DNA of 64,000 nucleotides from NCBI GenBank assembly GCA_964519305.1, contig CAZFHY010000005.1, positions 1-64,000 on the forward strand, in the 5' to 3' direction. The notes beneath the pieces were generated by a model. That model was given only the letters and a program-made list of their open reading frames with translations, made no database searches and was not told where the DNA came from. Both the position numbers and the translations under genes were made by a program. The stretch comes from Candidatus Undinarchaeota archaeon. GTDB lineage: Archaea > SpSt-1190 > JASMDC01. This document shows, in pieces, positions 28,143 to 38,667 of this stretch. Positions within the stretch are counted from its first letter, which is position 1. Each line of letters opens with the position of its first letter.

Positions 28143-30704
28143 ATGCTCTCTGACAAGGAGATCAAGAAGCAGTACAGGCCTAAATTCTGGGCCGAACCTG
28201 ATAAGTTCTACGCCAGTGAGGTCCTGCGCGAGGAGGGATACTCCCGCGGCATCTGTACCAAGTGCGGCAAGCCCTTCTGGGCCATGGACGCCGACCGGCC
28301 GGTGTGCGGCGATCCCGCATGTAGTCCCGGAGAGAGCTTCGCCTTCATCGGGAACACTCCCGCGGGCCGCTCCATGGACTACATCGAGATATGGACGCGC
28401 TTCGCCAAGATGTTCGAGGGCTTCGGCTATGCGCCCATTGCCCGGTATCCAGCTGTGGCCCGATGGAATCCCACCATGGAGTACACCAACGCCTCGATCG
28501 CCGCGTTCCAGCCCTTCGTCATCGCGGGGGAGATGGACCCTCCGGCCAATCCCCTTGTCATCCCTCAGTTCTGTCTCCGATTCTCAGACATAGACAACGT
28601 AGGCATCACCATGTCCCACAACACAGGGTTCGTGATGATAGGTCAGCACATGTTCGTCCCGCCCGATCAGTGGGACCAGAACGCCGTGTTCCGCCACATC
28701 CAGACCTGGATCAAGGACGGCCTGAAGCTCCCCAACGAGGAGGTCGTTTTCTCCGAGGACGCCTGGGCCGGAGGCGGCAACTTCGGCTGCTGTATGGAGT
28801 TCTTCTCCCGCGGCTGCGAGCTGGGGAACCAGGTGTACATGCTCTATGAGCAGACCCCTGCGGGTGTCCGTGAGCTCAATCTCAAGGTGCTGGACATGGG
28901 CATGGGCATGGAACGCAATGCCTGGTTCTCCCAGGGCTGCAACACCATGTACGACGCCCAGTTCCCTACGGTCATGAAAAAGCTACTGAAGCGGACCGGT
29001 GTGGAGTACGACGACGACCTGCTGCGCCGGTACGTGCCGTATGCGGGCTTGCTGAACCTTGACGAAGTGGACGATATCGCGGTCGCTTGGCGCACCGTGG
29101 GTCAGAAGGTGGGCGTGGATGACAAGGAGCTGCGTCAGAATATCATCCCGCTCTCGGGTGTGTACTCGATTGCCGAGCACACACGCTCGCTGCTGGTCAC
29201 GCTCAGCGACGGGGCGCTACCATCCAACGTGGGAGGTGGCTACAACCTGCGCATGCTCGCCCGGCGGGCACTGGGCTTCATCATCCAGCAGGGCTGGGAC
29301 CTGCACCTCGCCGAGGTGTGCGCCTGGCATGCTGACTACCTCAAACCCGTCTTCCCAGAGCTCTCGGAGAACCTCGACGAGGTGGAGAAGATACTCGATG
29401 TGGAACGGACCAAGTACGAGGCCATGCGTCGCAAGACCGCCTCGCTGGTGGCCCGCATCGTCAAGGAGGATGTCACCACCGAACGGCTGCTGGAGCTGTA
29501 CGACTCAAACGGCATCCCTCCCGATCTGGTGTCCGCGGAAGCCAAGAAACTGGAAAGGACCATCAATGTTCCCGAGGACTTCTACGCCCGTGTGGCCGAG
29601 CTCCACGAGACCCGCGAGCAGGTCCACGCCACCAAGAAGGAAGAGGTGCCGGGAATGGAAGGCCTTCCCGACACTCGTGCCGAGTACTTCGGCGACTGGA
29701 AGGAACTGGATTTCACAGCGAAGGTCCTGCGCGTCAAGGACCTCTTCGTCGTCCTCGACACCACCAGATTCTATCCTACATCTGGAGGACAGATACACGA
29801 TATCGGCACCATCGGCAGCGAGGAGGTCGTGGGCGTACAGAAACAAGGCGGCCTCATAGTCCACGTCATGAAGGACCAGCCTTCCTTCTCGGAGGGCGAC
29901 TCTGTGAAGTGTCATGTGGACGAGGAGCGACGTCGCCAGCTATCCCAGCATCACACCGCGGCCCATATCATCAACGCTGCTGCTCGCCGCGTTCTCGGTC
30001 GACATATCAACCAGGCCGGTGCCAAGAAGACCCTGGAGCGTGCTCATCTGGACGTCACCCACTTCCAGGCCATCACCGACGAAGAGCTCGCGCGCATCGA
30101 GGAGGAGGCCAACAGCATCGTGGGCGAGGACATCATCGTCAAGAAGGACTTCTACGCTCGCGACCAAGCGGAGCAGAAGTACGGTATGGCCATCTACCAG
30201 GGCGGAGCTGTGCCCGGTAAGAGCGTGCGCGTGGTCGAGGTACCCAGCGTGGACATCGAGGCCTGCGGCGGGACGCATCTCAACTCCACAGGCGAGGTCG
30301 GGCCGATCCACATACTCAAGACGAAGAAGATCCAGGACGGGGTCGTACGCATCCTTTTCACCGCCGGTGGAGCCGCTAGCCACACCGCGTCCCAGGAGGA
30401 GACGTTGCTGGCCGAGATCGCAGAGATCCTTGACGTCGATGGCGACCAGGTACCGGCCCGAGCGGACGAACTGTTCCGCAAGTGGAAGAAGGTGCGCAAG
30501 TCCATGAAGAAACGCAGGCCGGTGGCAGAAGAGCAGTTCATGCTCACCGCGGACGACCGCTTCGACGGCGACGCCCTGGCACGGACGGCCGAGATATTCC
30601 GGGTCCAATCCGAGTATGTACCCAAGACCGCCAAGCGGTTCCTCGATGAACTCAGGTCCATGCGTGAAAAGGTCACAATAGCTCCTCCGGACGAAGAAGA
30701 GTGA
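28143..30704 (+). CDS. alaS: Alanine--tRNA ligase, archaeal type
   Basis: CTKC...C Zn site, YPAVARW, ASIAAFQP, QFCLRF, WAGGGN, DMGMGMER, editing motifs HTAAH and CGGTH. Confidence 0.95.
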   Translation: MLSDKEIKKQYRPKFWAEPDKFYASEVLREEGYSRGICTKCGKPFWAMDADRPVCGDPACSPGESFAFIGNTPAGRSMDYIEIWTRFAKMFEGFGYAPIARYPAVARWNPTMEYTNASIAAFQPFVIAGEMDPPANPLVIPQFCLRFSDIDNVGITMSHNTGFVMIGQHMFVPPDQWDQNAVFRHIQTWIKDGLKLPNEEVVFSEDAWAGGGNFGCCMEFFSRGCELGNQVYMLYEQTPAGVRELNLKVLDMGMGMERNAWFSQGCNTMYDAQFPTVMKKLLKRTGVEYDDDLLRRYVPYAGLLNLDEVDDIAVAWRTVGQKVGVDDKELRQNIIPLSGVYSIAEHTRSLLVTLSDGALPSNVGGGYNLRMLARRALGFIIQQGWDLHLAEVCAWHADYLKPVFPELSENLDEVEKILDVERTKYEAMRRKTASLVARIVKEDVTTERLLELYDSNGIPPDLVSAEAKKLERTINVPEDFYARVAELHETREQVHATKKEEVPGMEGLPDTRAEYFGDWKELDFTAKVLRVKDLFVVLDTTRFYPTSGGQIHDIGTIGSEEVVGVQKQGGLIVHVMKDQPSFSEGDSVKCHVDEERRRQLSQHHTAAHIINAAARRVLGRHINQAGAKKTLERAHLDVTHFQAITDEELARIEEEANSIVGEDIIVKKDFYARDQAEQKYGMAIYQGGAVPGKSVRVVEVPSVDIEACGGTHLNSTGEVGPIHILKTKKIQDGVVRILFTAGGAASHTASQEETLLAEIAEILDVDGDQVPARADELFRKWKKVRKSMKKRRPVAEEQFMLTADDRFDGDALARTAEIFRVQSEYVPKTAKRFLDELRSMREKVTIAPPDEEE

Positions 30705-30711
30705 GCTTACC

Positions 30712-31650
30712 ATGGCAAGCGATATCGCCATCGAGACGAAGGGGCTCACCAAGCGGTACGACACGCTCACGGCCCTTGACGGGCTTTCGCTCTCGGTGAA
30801 CGAGGGCGAAGTGTACGGTATCCTGGGCCCCAACGGCGCGGGTAAGTCGACCCTCATCCGTATAACCTGTGGCCTGCTCAATCCTTCCGGCGGGACGGTG
30901 CTCGTGCGGGGCATCGACGTGCGCGAGCGTCCCGAGGCAGTGAAGGCCCTCATCGGCTACCTCCCGGAAGAGACATCGCTATACGAGCACATGACAGTGC
31001 TCGAGTACCTCACTTTCTTTGCTGACCTATACGGTCTGGGACGGGAAGAGGGAGGCAAGCGGGCCCACAAGCTCGTCGAACGCCTGGACCTTGGTGACAA
31101 GCGAACGGACAGGATCGACACCCTGTCCAAGGGGCTCAAGCGCCGGGTCGCCATAGCCCGTGCACTGGTCCATGACCCGTCCATCCTCATACTGGACGAA
31201 CCCACTAGCGGCCTCGACCCTGTGGCGTCCCTTGAGATCCGGGAGCTCATCGCATCCCTTGCCGAGGAGGAGGGGAAGACCGTGCTCCTTTCGACCCACC
31301 TTGTATGGATGGCGGAACGACTGTGCCATCGCATCGGGATCCTCAGTAAGGGCAATCTGCTGCTCTCCGGGACCACCGACGAGGTGTGCGGTAGGCTCGA
31401 TGCCCGCCAGACATCCGTGGAGGTGGTCGTGGAGTGCCCCCCTGGTAAGAAAATGCCAAGTGATCCACACGCCAAGGTCGAACGAAAGGGAAAGGTGGCC
31501 GTGCTCACCTTCCCCGGAGTGGAGCTCGCGGCCAAGGCCCTGGACGAGCTCAGACGCTCATATCCCGTGGTCTCGATCACTACAGCCCAGCGCTCGCTGG
31601 AGGACGTGTTCCTCGAGCGCTTCTCGCGTAGCGAGGAAGGCCGGGAGTGA
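30712..31650 (+). CDS. ABC-2 type transporter ATP-binding protein
   Basis: GPNGAGKS, LSKG, LDEPTSGLD, STH, SLEDVF. Confidence 0.93.
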   Translation: MASDIAIETKGLTKRYDTLTALDGLSLSVNEGEVYGILGPNGAGKSTLIRITCGLLNPSGGTVLVRGIDVRERPEAVKALIGYLPEETSLYEHMTVLEYLTFFADLYGLGREEGGKRAHKLVERLDLGDKRTDRIDTLSKGLKRRVAIARALVHDPSILILDEPTSGLDPVASLEIRELIASLAEEEGKTVLLSTHLVWMAERLCHRIGILSKGNLLLSGTTDEVCGRLDARQTSVEVVVECPPGKKMPSDPHAKVERKGKVAVLTFPGVELAAKALDELRRSYPVVSITTAQRSLEDVFLERFSRSEEGRE

Positions 31651-31654
31651 GACC

Positions 31655-32734
31655 ATGCACAGGACCGCCGTGCTCGCTCTGCGATGGCTGCGCGAGCTGG
31701 TGCTTCGCCCATCGTTCGCGTTCATGTTCACTTTCATGGTGGCCGCGGTCATCATGGTGCTCGCATTCCTCGGCCCGTTCTCCCCCTTCCTGGACGCTAA
31801 TGTCCACTCCAGGGCGACCGACCGCTCGTTGCGTCTCGCGCTGGTAGGGGACGAGGTAGTTCTCCGCGATTCCCTATTAGCCCGTGCCTTGAGCACTCGC
31901 AAAGAGGTCCGGTCTGTACATCACGCGACCACTCTTGAAGAGGCTCTTGCATCTCCTGAGCGGATGGACGCCGTCGTTGTGATCCCTCCGGGTGCAGGTG
32001 GGACCGTACGCCTTCTAGTCGCCCAGGAGGGATTACGAGGTCCTCTCGCCGTGTCCATGGTACGGACAGTGCTCGCCGATAGCGATCCGGCACAACGTCG
32101 ACTGGCACTGGCGGACGAGCGGAAGCTCGTAGTGGGAGGGCTTCGTGTGCAGGACGACTACGGTTCGTGGGAGGTCCCACCGCTCCTCGTGGACGCAGTG
32201 CTGCTCTTCCTGGTCCCCTTCCTTGTACTCTTTCCAGCCTTCGCCGTCGCCATGTTCACGACCAACCTCGTCCGCGAGGAGTTCACGACACGTACCCTGG
32301 ACTCCCTTCTCATGGCCTGCCCACGACCGCGTACTCTGGCCGGGGGTCTGGCGGCGCCCACGGTGCTCCTCACCGCGGTCGCTTCGGGAACGGTCCTCCT
32401 CCTGAGCACCCGTCTGTTCCCCGTGCTCGGCGTGGCACCGCTCGTGGCCATCTCCGCTGTCACAGCCCTTTTCTTTTGCGGTGTAGGTTCCGCTGTTGCG
32501 GTGCGTACGCGGGGCGCCGAGACGTCCCAGTCAGCAGTATGGATCGCGGTCGCTATGGTGGGTGCGACGGTGATGCTCCCTCGTCCGCTCTCTCCGCCTA
32601 GGCTGGCGGTCGCGCTCGGTACGGGCCCCGTGCCATTCTGGGAAGTAGGTACGTGCATCTCAGGTCTCATCGTTCTTGCGATGCTGGCGTGGAGTCTGTT
32701 CGAGACGTCAATCGCAGGCTTGGCGGAAGGTTAG
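31655..32734 (+). CDS. ABC-2 type permease
   Basis: N-terminal TM, extracellular loop, REEFTTRTLDSLL motif, further TMs; directly follows the ATPase. Confidence 0.8.
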   Translation: MHRTAVLALRWLRELVLRPSFAFMFTFMVAAVIMVLAFLGPFSPFLDANVHSRATDRSLRLALVGDEVVLRDSLLARALSTRKEVRSVHHATTLEEALASPERMDAVVVIPPGAGGTVRLLVAQEGLRGPLAVSMVRTVLADSDPAQRRLALADERKLVVGGLRVQDDYGSWEVPPLLVDAVLLFLVPFLVLFPAFAVAMFTTNLVREEFTTRTLDSLLMACPRPRTLAGGLAAPTVLLTAVASGTVLLLSTRLFPVLGVAPLVAISAVTALFFCGVGSAVAVRTRGAETSQSAVWIAVAMVGATVMLPRPLSPPRLAVALGTGPVPFWEVGTCISGLIVLAMLAWSLFETSIAGLAEG

Positions 32735-32746
32735 TCCAGGCCAGTA

Positions 32747-33529
32747 TCACGGATGCGGGCCGGTCCTTGCGGTCGTGCGTGGCGTCTGTGCCAGACGCTG
32801 TGAGCGTCGGTGGAGGGAGAGGTACTCACCCAAAAGCTCGCTCACAACATCCCGGGAACCAAGGCCGATTGCGAGCCCCATGCCCAGAGAGAGACCAAGG
32901 CCGAGAGAGCACAGGACGACGATGAGCGGCATTGCCAGCACCAACGTGACGATGCTCCTCTCGACGCCCATGACCAGCAACGGCAGCGCCAGGACCACGG
33001 CGACGTACACGATCAGTATGTTGGTCAGCACACCGAGTATCTTTGCCTGGGGTAGTTCAAGGGTACCCAACCGTCGTGCCACGTACTCGCCAACGACTAC
33101 GCCAAGGAGCACGATGAGTGCGGACTGGACGATCCGTGGCGAGAACTCGACCAGGACCAGGCGCATCAGCGCGTCGACCGTCGGTACACCGAATGTACCC
33201 ACGGCCACTGTGAGGAATATGAGGTAGACGTACCAGCGGATGGCGATGGACACGATCTCAGCGAGCCCGAGGCCCTGGAACTCCACCTTGACTTCCGCCC
33301 GCTCGAGCATGTGCTCCAGCTGGATGAGCCGGAATATCCGGACTGCTACTGCAGAGATTGCTCGCCCGAGCACGTACCCTGCGGCCACCACGAGGGCGGC
33401 CACGAAGAACCGGGGGACGAAGAAGTGGGCCTTCCCATATGCCTGGGTAACGCTCTCCTGGAAGATGTCACCCATAACACCGGTGGCGTTCATCACCCCT
33501 GCCATCGCCGTGTGGGGGTTGTGCATCAT
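32747..33529 (-). CDS. Membrane protein with conserved TM-helix repeats (CmpX/MscS N-terminal-like)
   Basis: PRFFVAALVV..GY and PRIVQSALIVLLG repeats, GLAIGLGSRDVV. Confidence 0.7.
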   Translation of the reverse strand: MMHNPHTAMAGVMNATGVMGDIFQESVTQAYGKAHFFVPRFFVAALVVAAGYVLGRAISAVAVRIFRLIQLEHMLERAEVKVEFQGLGLAEIVSIAIRWYVYLIFLTVAVGTFGVPTVDALMRLVLVEFSPRIVQSALIVLLGVVVGEYVARRLGTLELPQAKILGVLTNILIVYVAVVLALPLLVMGVERSIVTLVLAMPLIVVLCSLGLGLSLGMGLAIGLGSRDVVSELLGEYLSLHRRSQRLAQTPRTTARTGPHP

Positions 33530-33560
33530 TTAAATATCGTTCGCGTATCAATAGAAAGCG

Positions 33561-33746
33561 ATGGAGTGGCCGGAACAGGGCACGCTCGAAGGTCTGGCAC
33601 TGGCGGCCTTGGTGCTCGTCATCACCTTCCATGGCTACTTCGTGTTCTTCTGGGGGGCCGTAGGTCTGGTGAACTGCGTCGTGTTCGTTGTGGTGGCGGG
33701 ACTGCTGGCCCAGGAGATCGTCCCCTGGATCGAGGAGGACGACTGA
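33561..33746 (+). CDS. Small 2-TM hypothetical membrane protein
   Basis: Two hydrophobic segments, TTTAAA upstream, stop 1 nt before the next ATG. Confidence 0.55.
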   Translation: MEWPEQGTLEGLALAALVLVITFHGYFVFFWGAVGLVNCVVFVVVAGLLAQEIVPWIEEDD

Positions 33747-33747
33747 G

Positions 33748-34086
33748 ATGCTCCGCACCGAACTCGAGAAATCGCTCGCCCATTACCTGGCCGCGGACGG
33801 CTGGCAGGCCCGCGAGGCCGTACCCTTTGGCGTTCCTTCTGTCCTGCGCCTCCTGGCTGCACAAAGGGAGGGGAAGATGGCGCTGTTCCATCCGCTGGAC
33901 GCGGGGAAGCAGAAGAAGCTCAAGCTCGACGCAGATCAGCTCGCGGACCTTAAGGACTGGTCTGAACGTAACGATCTCAGAACATATATCGCCGTGCTCT
34001 TCGGGGACAACTGGGTCATCAAGAAAGTGAGCAGGATCCACTCCACCTGGATCGAACGTATGACCTTTAGCGACGACGGTCTCTGA
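33748..34086 (+). CDS. Hjc-like PD-(D/E)xK fold protein, apparently lacking catalytic residues
   Basis: EKSL..YL..DGW, LLAAQREGKMALF, DQLADLKDWS...YIAVLF..W parallels the Hjc layout. Confidence 0.55.
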   Translation: MLRTELEKSLAHYLAADGWQAREAVPFGVPSVLRLLAAQREGKMALFHPLDAGKQKKLKLDADQLADLKDWSERNDLRTYIAVLFGDNWVIKKVSRIHSTWIERMTFSDDGL

Positions 34087-34136
34087 ACCCCTCCCAAGAA
34101 GGAGGGTTTTTATTATTTCCCGGCCATCATCGCTCC

Positions 34137-35771
34137 ATGCGGTCGCTGGGTGCCCTCTTGCTCGTATTCATTCTACTCGCTTCGGTACAGGCAGCTGAGC
34201 CGGTGATCAAGTACAGTGGAACATCCTTCGATGACAGCCTTTACACGGGAGAGACGAGCGTGATGGAGGTAAAGATCACCTCCACATACGACACCGGTAA
34301 CGCGCCCAGTGTGAACGTGATCCTGGACGCCGCTGAATCCGGTGGTAAGCTCAAGCTCTACCGGATCACGTCGCGCTCGTTCACCAAGCGCACCATCCCG
34401 TGCTCGGACGCCGCGTACAATCGTCACGAGAACTTGAACGTTGCGGTCACCAAGGGTCTAAACTCCTTCCTGTACGCCATTCAGCCATGCGAGAACGTTC
34501 TGCCCGGCACCTATGCCCTGGAGTTCAAGGTGGACGGTACGGCCGTTGTGGAAGAGATAACGGCCAAGGTGCAGTCCCCCGTACGGATATCTGTATCATC
34601 CGGTACCGTCAGACTGGGCGCTGCCAAGACCCTGACCGTCACCGTCGCCAATCGCGGGATCGAGCTCCTAGAGAACGTTGGGGTCGACTTCTCGAGCCCG
34701 CTGCCCGGAAAGATCACGATCAAGCCTACACGCATACGACTGGACGAGAACCTGCCCCTCAAGGCATCCACCAAGTTCGAGGTAACGGTGAACGCTACAC
34801 TTGACACACCCGCCGTTGAATACCCGCTCAACGTGTACACGTCGTACAGGACCTTCGAGACCGTTACCACGGTACGCGAACCCGTCCCCGATAAGAGCAT
34901 CACGGTGGTCCAGGGGGACAATCCCAAGCTGGAGCTGGCCGTACGGGACCCTGCCGACATCAACGTGGAGGATGCCCGGTTCGCCTCAGTGCTCGGGAAG
35001 GAGTTCAACGTGGCGTTCCCTCTCAAGAACACGGGGAACGGGCATGCAGAGAAGTGCACCGTGGAGCTCACCATGCCCCATGGTGTTTTCCTACCCGCCA
35101 ACGTCACACGGCCGTTCGAGTTCCGGGAGCTCGTCACCGAGGACGTGCTCGTCATCGACATGGGAACCCTGATAGGTGGGGACGAGGGGAACGTCGAGGT
35201 CATCTTCCTTCCCCTTCTGGTCGATACCACTCCTGAGGGCACCACCGAGGTCGACGTCCTGGCCCGGTGCCTGAACATGGCAGGGAAAGATATCACGAGC
35301 CGGAGCATGACCATGAAGGTCGACCTTGAGTTCCCGAAGCCGGTGTTCGAGCTGGGCACGAACGTACCGGACACGGTAATCGAGCCCGAGAGCTTCATAA
35401 CCGCAAAGGTCTCTCTTAAGACACTGGAAGCCCAGAAGTGCTCAGTCCGTGTGAAGTGGCCAATATACCTCCATTACATGGACACGCTGGGCAAGTTCCA
35501 GTGGAGCGCCAATCCCGAGGTGAACGGTACATACGAGAAGACGCTGCGGCTCAAGAGCTCCGCAGAGCATCGCTCGACGTCGGACCATGACATTCTGGTC
35601 ACCGCCACCTGCAAGAACAGTCTGGATGTGACCGCGTCCCAGGAACGACGGATCGCTCTCCAATACGTCTCGCCGGGGGGACAACAGGACATGATCGTCT
35701 ACGGCATCGTTGGACTGGGCGCCGTACTGGTCGTTCTCATCGTGCTCTTCCAGCTAACCAAGAATAGCTAG
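34137..35771 (+). CDS. Surface protein with Ig-like/COG1361 S-layer-type domains
   Basis: Signal peptide (VQA|AE), repeated V.N.G beta-sandwich motifs, NxT/S sequons, C-terminal TM anchor. Confidence 0.75.
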   Translation: MRSLGALLLVFILLASVQAAEPVIKYSGTSFDDSLYTGETSVMEVKITSTYDTGNAPSVNVILDAAESGGKLKLYRITSRSFTKRTIPCSDAAYNRHENLNVAVTKGLNSFLYAIQPCENVLPGTYALEFKVDGTAVVEEITAKVQSPVRISVSSGTVRLGAAKTLTVTVANRGIELLENVGVDFSSPLPGKITIKPTRIRLDENLPLKASTKFEVTVNATLDTPAVEYPLNVYTSYRTFETVTTVREPVPDKSITVVQGDNPKLELAVRDPADINVEDARFASVLGKEFNVAFPLKNTGNGHAEKCTVELTMPHGVFLPANVTRPFEFRELVTEDVLVIDMGTLIGGDEGNVEVIFLPLLVDTTPEGTTEVDVLARCLNMAGKDITSRSMTMKVDLEFPKPVFELGTNVPDTVIEPESFITAKVSLKTLEAQKCSVRVKWPIYLHYMDTLGKFQWSANPEVNGTYEKTLRLKSSAEHRSTSDHDILVTATCKNSLDVTASQERRIALQYVSPGGQQDMIVYGIVGLGAVLVVLIVLFQLTKNS

Positions 35772-36404
35772 ACTGAATGGGTCCCCGAGCAGCAGGTTCG
35801 CGATCACCGACACAAGGAGGAACGGCGCCATCGGTATCCTTAGTTCCTGTCCCTCCAGCCTAAAGAGCATGAGGAGCGCAGTGGCCGCGGCGAAGAGCAC
35901 AGGGACCAGTGCGGTCGTGACATCACCGTGCAGGAGTAGGAAGAGCGCTGCCCCCAGGAGCATGCCCAAGGGAGCGTCCCGTCGGCGGAAGGTGGGCCGC
36001 TGTCCTTCGCGCACGACATGCCAGACGTACCATCCCATACCGACTACCTGAGCGAGGAGGACGGCGAGCACCAGCACCGCTACGGGGAAGGGAAGGATTG
36101 CAGGGAAACGTGTCGCCACACCATCGTGGACGAATCCCTGGGCCCTCAGTGGTGAGAGGAGGCAAAGGGCACAAACTAGCTTCACGTCGGCGCCGCCGAT
36201 GCACCGGGCCCGGTACCACAGGAACACTAGGCCGAGCACCAGGAGGTTCACGGAGAACTGGTCCGGGTCATGCCCGATAATCAGGTAAGCGATCGCGCCT
36301 ATGACCAGGAGCACGTCGGTGATGAGCGGATGCACCTCGCCAGTCCGCAGGTCGTCGAGGGAGGCCGCGGCCAGGCCGGCCACGAGCACGTACAGACGCC
36401 ACAC
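35754..36404 (-). CDS. A24 family prepilin peptidase (short form), last gene of the pilin operon
   Basis: DDLRTGEV and IGGADVKL aspartates, IPMAPFL; GTG start 1 nt after upstream TAG. Confidence 0.85.
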   Translation of the reverse strand: MWRLYVLVAGLAAASLDDLRTGEVHPLITDVLLVIGAIAYLIIGHDPDQFSVNLLVLGLVFLWYRARCIGGADVKLVCALCLLSPLRAQGFVHDGVATRFPAILPFPVAVLVLAVLLAQVVGMGWYVWHVVREGQRPTFRRRDAPLGMLLGAALFLLLHGDVTTALVPVLFAAATALLMLFRLEGQELRIPMAPFLLVSVIANLLLGDPFSLAILG

Positions 36405-36405
36405 G

Positions 36406-38667
36406 CTACTTCCACACCTCGAGGTTGAGCACGCCCACACCCCTGCCACCCCGGGGCGCTACGACACGGTTGACGGACACAATACCGTACTTTGCCTGGG
36501 TGGAAGATATGCAACCGAAGTCCGGGCTCTGGCAGTTGGCCAGTCCCTCGGGCGGTTCATCCTCCCCCTCCTGATCGGGGTTTGGATCGGTCATGAAGGG
36601 TTCGGCCTGATACTGTGGATTGAAGCAGAAGGTCTCACAACTCCCTTTGTCCTCGATATCGCGGATCACGCATACTGGAGGGATCGCCTCCGCGTCCCAC
36701 TCACCGCTGACTTCCTCGCCCTCGCAGAACGCCGAGTCCATCCCTATTGACGAGACAGCACACCGGCCGCCAGGGCCTTCACCGGGATCGTTCCAAACCC
36801 ACGCGGTCGTTAGGTGCTCACATGCTTGCAGATCTCCTGCGGCGAGCACGCACTCGTCGTTCACCCAGGTACCGCCCACGTCGGGATCCAGGCAGTCCAC
36901 GTCATTATCGATTCCAACGGCCACACATCGCGGATCGGGCTGGTCCTCGGTCCATTCCGTGTTGCCCGCGGCCTCGCAGGTCTGCTCGTCGGATATGAGC
37001 CAGATGAAGCAGTCCGGATCGTTCCAGACGCCGTTGATGTCCTCGCACGCTGCCTGGTCAGGCACTGCAGCAGGATCGGTCCGACAGAGCTCGGTAGGGA
37101 GCCATTCGGCATCCACGAGAGCACCCTCGCACGTTGTCTGATCAGGAACTATCGGGAGCAGGCACTCGCCCCGCTCGTCGTCCCAGAAGGTAAGGTACTG
37201 TCCTTGATCATCTCCCCAGAAGGTGGCCTCGCCATCGAAGGTCGAATCCGCCTGGACGACAAAACCGTAAGTGCGTGTGGGGATGTCCCCGGTGAACGTG
37301 TCCGTGTGCTGTAGAGCGAGACGGCAGTCGTTGGTAAGGATGAAATTGGCTACGATAGTGGCGCCGGGGAATGTATCCTCACCTTGTCTGAAGGTCGTGT
37401 ACGTGATAGTGGCAGTAGCACTGTTCGCGTCCTGTGTGGTGATGATTGTTGGTTCCTCGCCGGGCAGGCAGACGTTCCCTACATAGCAGTACACGGTGCC
37501 TGCCTGGCAAGCGACCGGGAGTTCGTGCTTGAACACGGGCCGCCACGTCGGGGTTCCGGGTGTAGCGGGATCGCTATCCACGTCGCCATCCGAAGCGACA
37601 TAATAATCGATAAAGCTGACGATACCACCGTCACACGCCGTTCCGGCATGGACGCGGAGCCTAGATTCCACTGTACCGCAGTCGGCCGTGTAGACCTCTG
37701 ACGTCCCGTCCATGGTCTGCTGGATAGAGCCTGCAGGGTGCTGGCCGCCCCCTACCGGGAAGCCGCGGTTGGAGGTCAGATACGTGGCTGCCGCTGCTCC
37801 GATTGTGTCGGAGGCAATATTGCTCTCATCAGGGATAATATCGAAGACGACGGTCCCGCTGTCGTATGTGTCCGGACAGTTACCTGCTTTACAGGCAACG
37901 ATCCCTATTTGGAGAGAGTCACCGTTAGCATCGACTTTCACCTGGGTGAGACCAAGAGCACCTGGCGTGTAATCATCCGCCGTCGTCACATGGAGGCACA
38001 TCCCCCCCGGATCCTCCCGGTTACATGTACCCGTCGAATGACCAGCTTCATTTATCTGGAATACCGCCGGATTCCTGAGAATTATCCTTGTCAGTTCATC
38101 ATCTTCGTAGTAGAAGCTGCCATCCATCTCACGATATCCTGCGGATAATATCCGACAATCATTCCCATTATCCGTCACCGGATCAGTGACAACGCATCGA
38201 GGGACAGGCGCGTCCTCGAACCATTGGGTATTGACGGGTAGAGTAATGTCCCGGTCCACACCCATGTCCTCGTCCTTGCACACGTACATGTTCACACGCC
38301 AGCCATAGCCCAGAGAACCCTCTGTACTCATCAGGCGCGAGAAGAATGTCGGCCCTACCAAAAAGGGAGCTAGTCCACCTGCCGCCTCGACATCGATAGC
38401 GTTCAACCGGTCGATGCCCATACCCTCGTCATAGTACGAAACACCGTACTGATAGCCGTTCGGTGTGGAGTCGACCATGGCGGTCATGAAGTCATCGGAG
38501 ACCATCTTGAGGTCATAAACCGTCTGCCACTCCACACGGTCCTTCTCCACTTCTGTTCCCATTCTTTCCATGGCCGTGAATAGCAGGCCGAAGATGGCAA
38601 GAGCTATGATTATGTCGATGGAGAATGTCTGGCCACGACGTCGCCCTCCGAGCTTCACGGCCCGCAC
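36406..38667 (-). CDS. Large class III signal peptide pilin-like protein with Cys/Trp repeats
   Basis: RRRG|QTFSIDIIIALAIF; repeated C...G.W...C modules; C-terminal LNLEVWK. Confidence 0.8.
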   Translation of the reverse strand: MRAVKLGGRRRGQTFSIDIIIALAIFGLLFTAMERMGTEVEKDRVEWQTVYDLKMVSDDFMTAMVDSTPNGYQYGVSYYDEGMGIDRLNAIDVEAAGGLAPFLVGPTFFSRLMSTEGSLGYGWRVNMYVCKDEDMGVDRDITLPVNTQWFEDAPVPRCVVTDPVTDNGNDCRILSAGYREMDGSFYYEDDELTRIILRNPAVFQINEAGHSTGTCNREDPGGMCLHVTTADDYTPGALGLTQVKVDANGDSLQIGIVACKAGNCPDTYDSGTVVFDIIPDESNIASDTIGAAAATYLTSNRGFPVGGGQHPAGSIQQTMDGTSEVYTADCGTVESRLRVHAGTACDGGIVSFIDYYVASDGDVDSDPATPGTPTWRPVFKHELPVACQAGTVYCYVGNVCLPGEEPTIITTQDANSATATITYTTFRQGEDTFPGATIVANFILTNDCRLALQHTDTFTGDIPTRTYGFVVQADSTFDGEATFWGDDQGQYLTFWDDERGECLLPIVPDQTTCEGALVDAEWLPTELCRTDPAAVPDQAACEDINGVWNDPDCFIWLISDEQTCEAAGNTEWTEDQPDPRCVAVGIDNDVDCLDPDVGGTWVNDECVLAAGDLQACEHLTTAWVWNDPGEGPGGRCAVSSIGMDSAFCEGEEVSGEWDAEAIPPVCVIRDIEDKGSCETFCFNPQYQAEPFMTDPNPDQEGEDEPPEGLANCQSPDFGCISSTQAKYGIVSVNRVVAPRGGRGVGVLNLEVWK

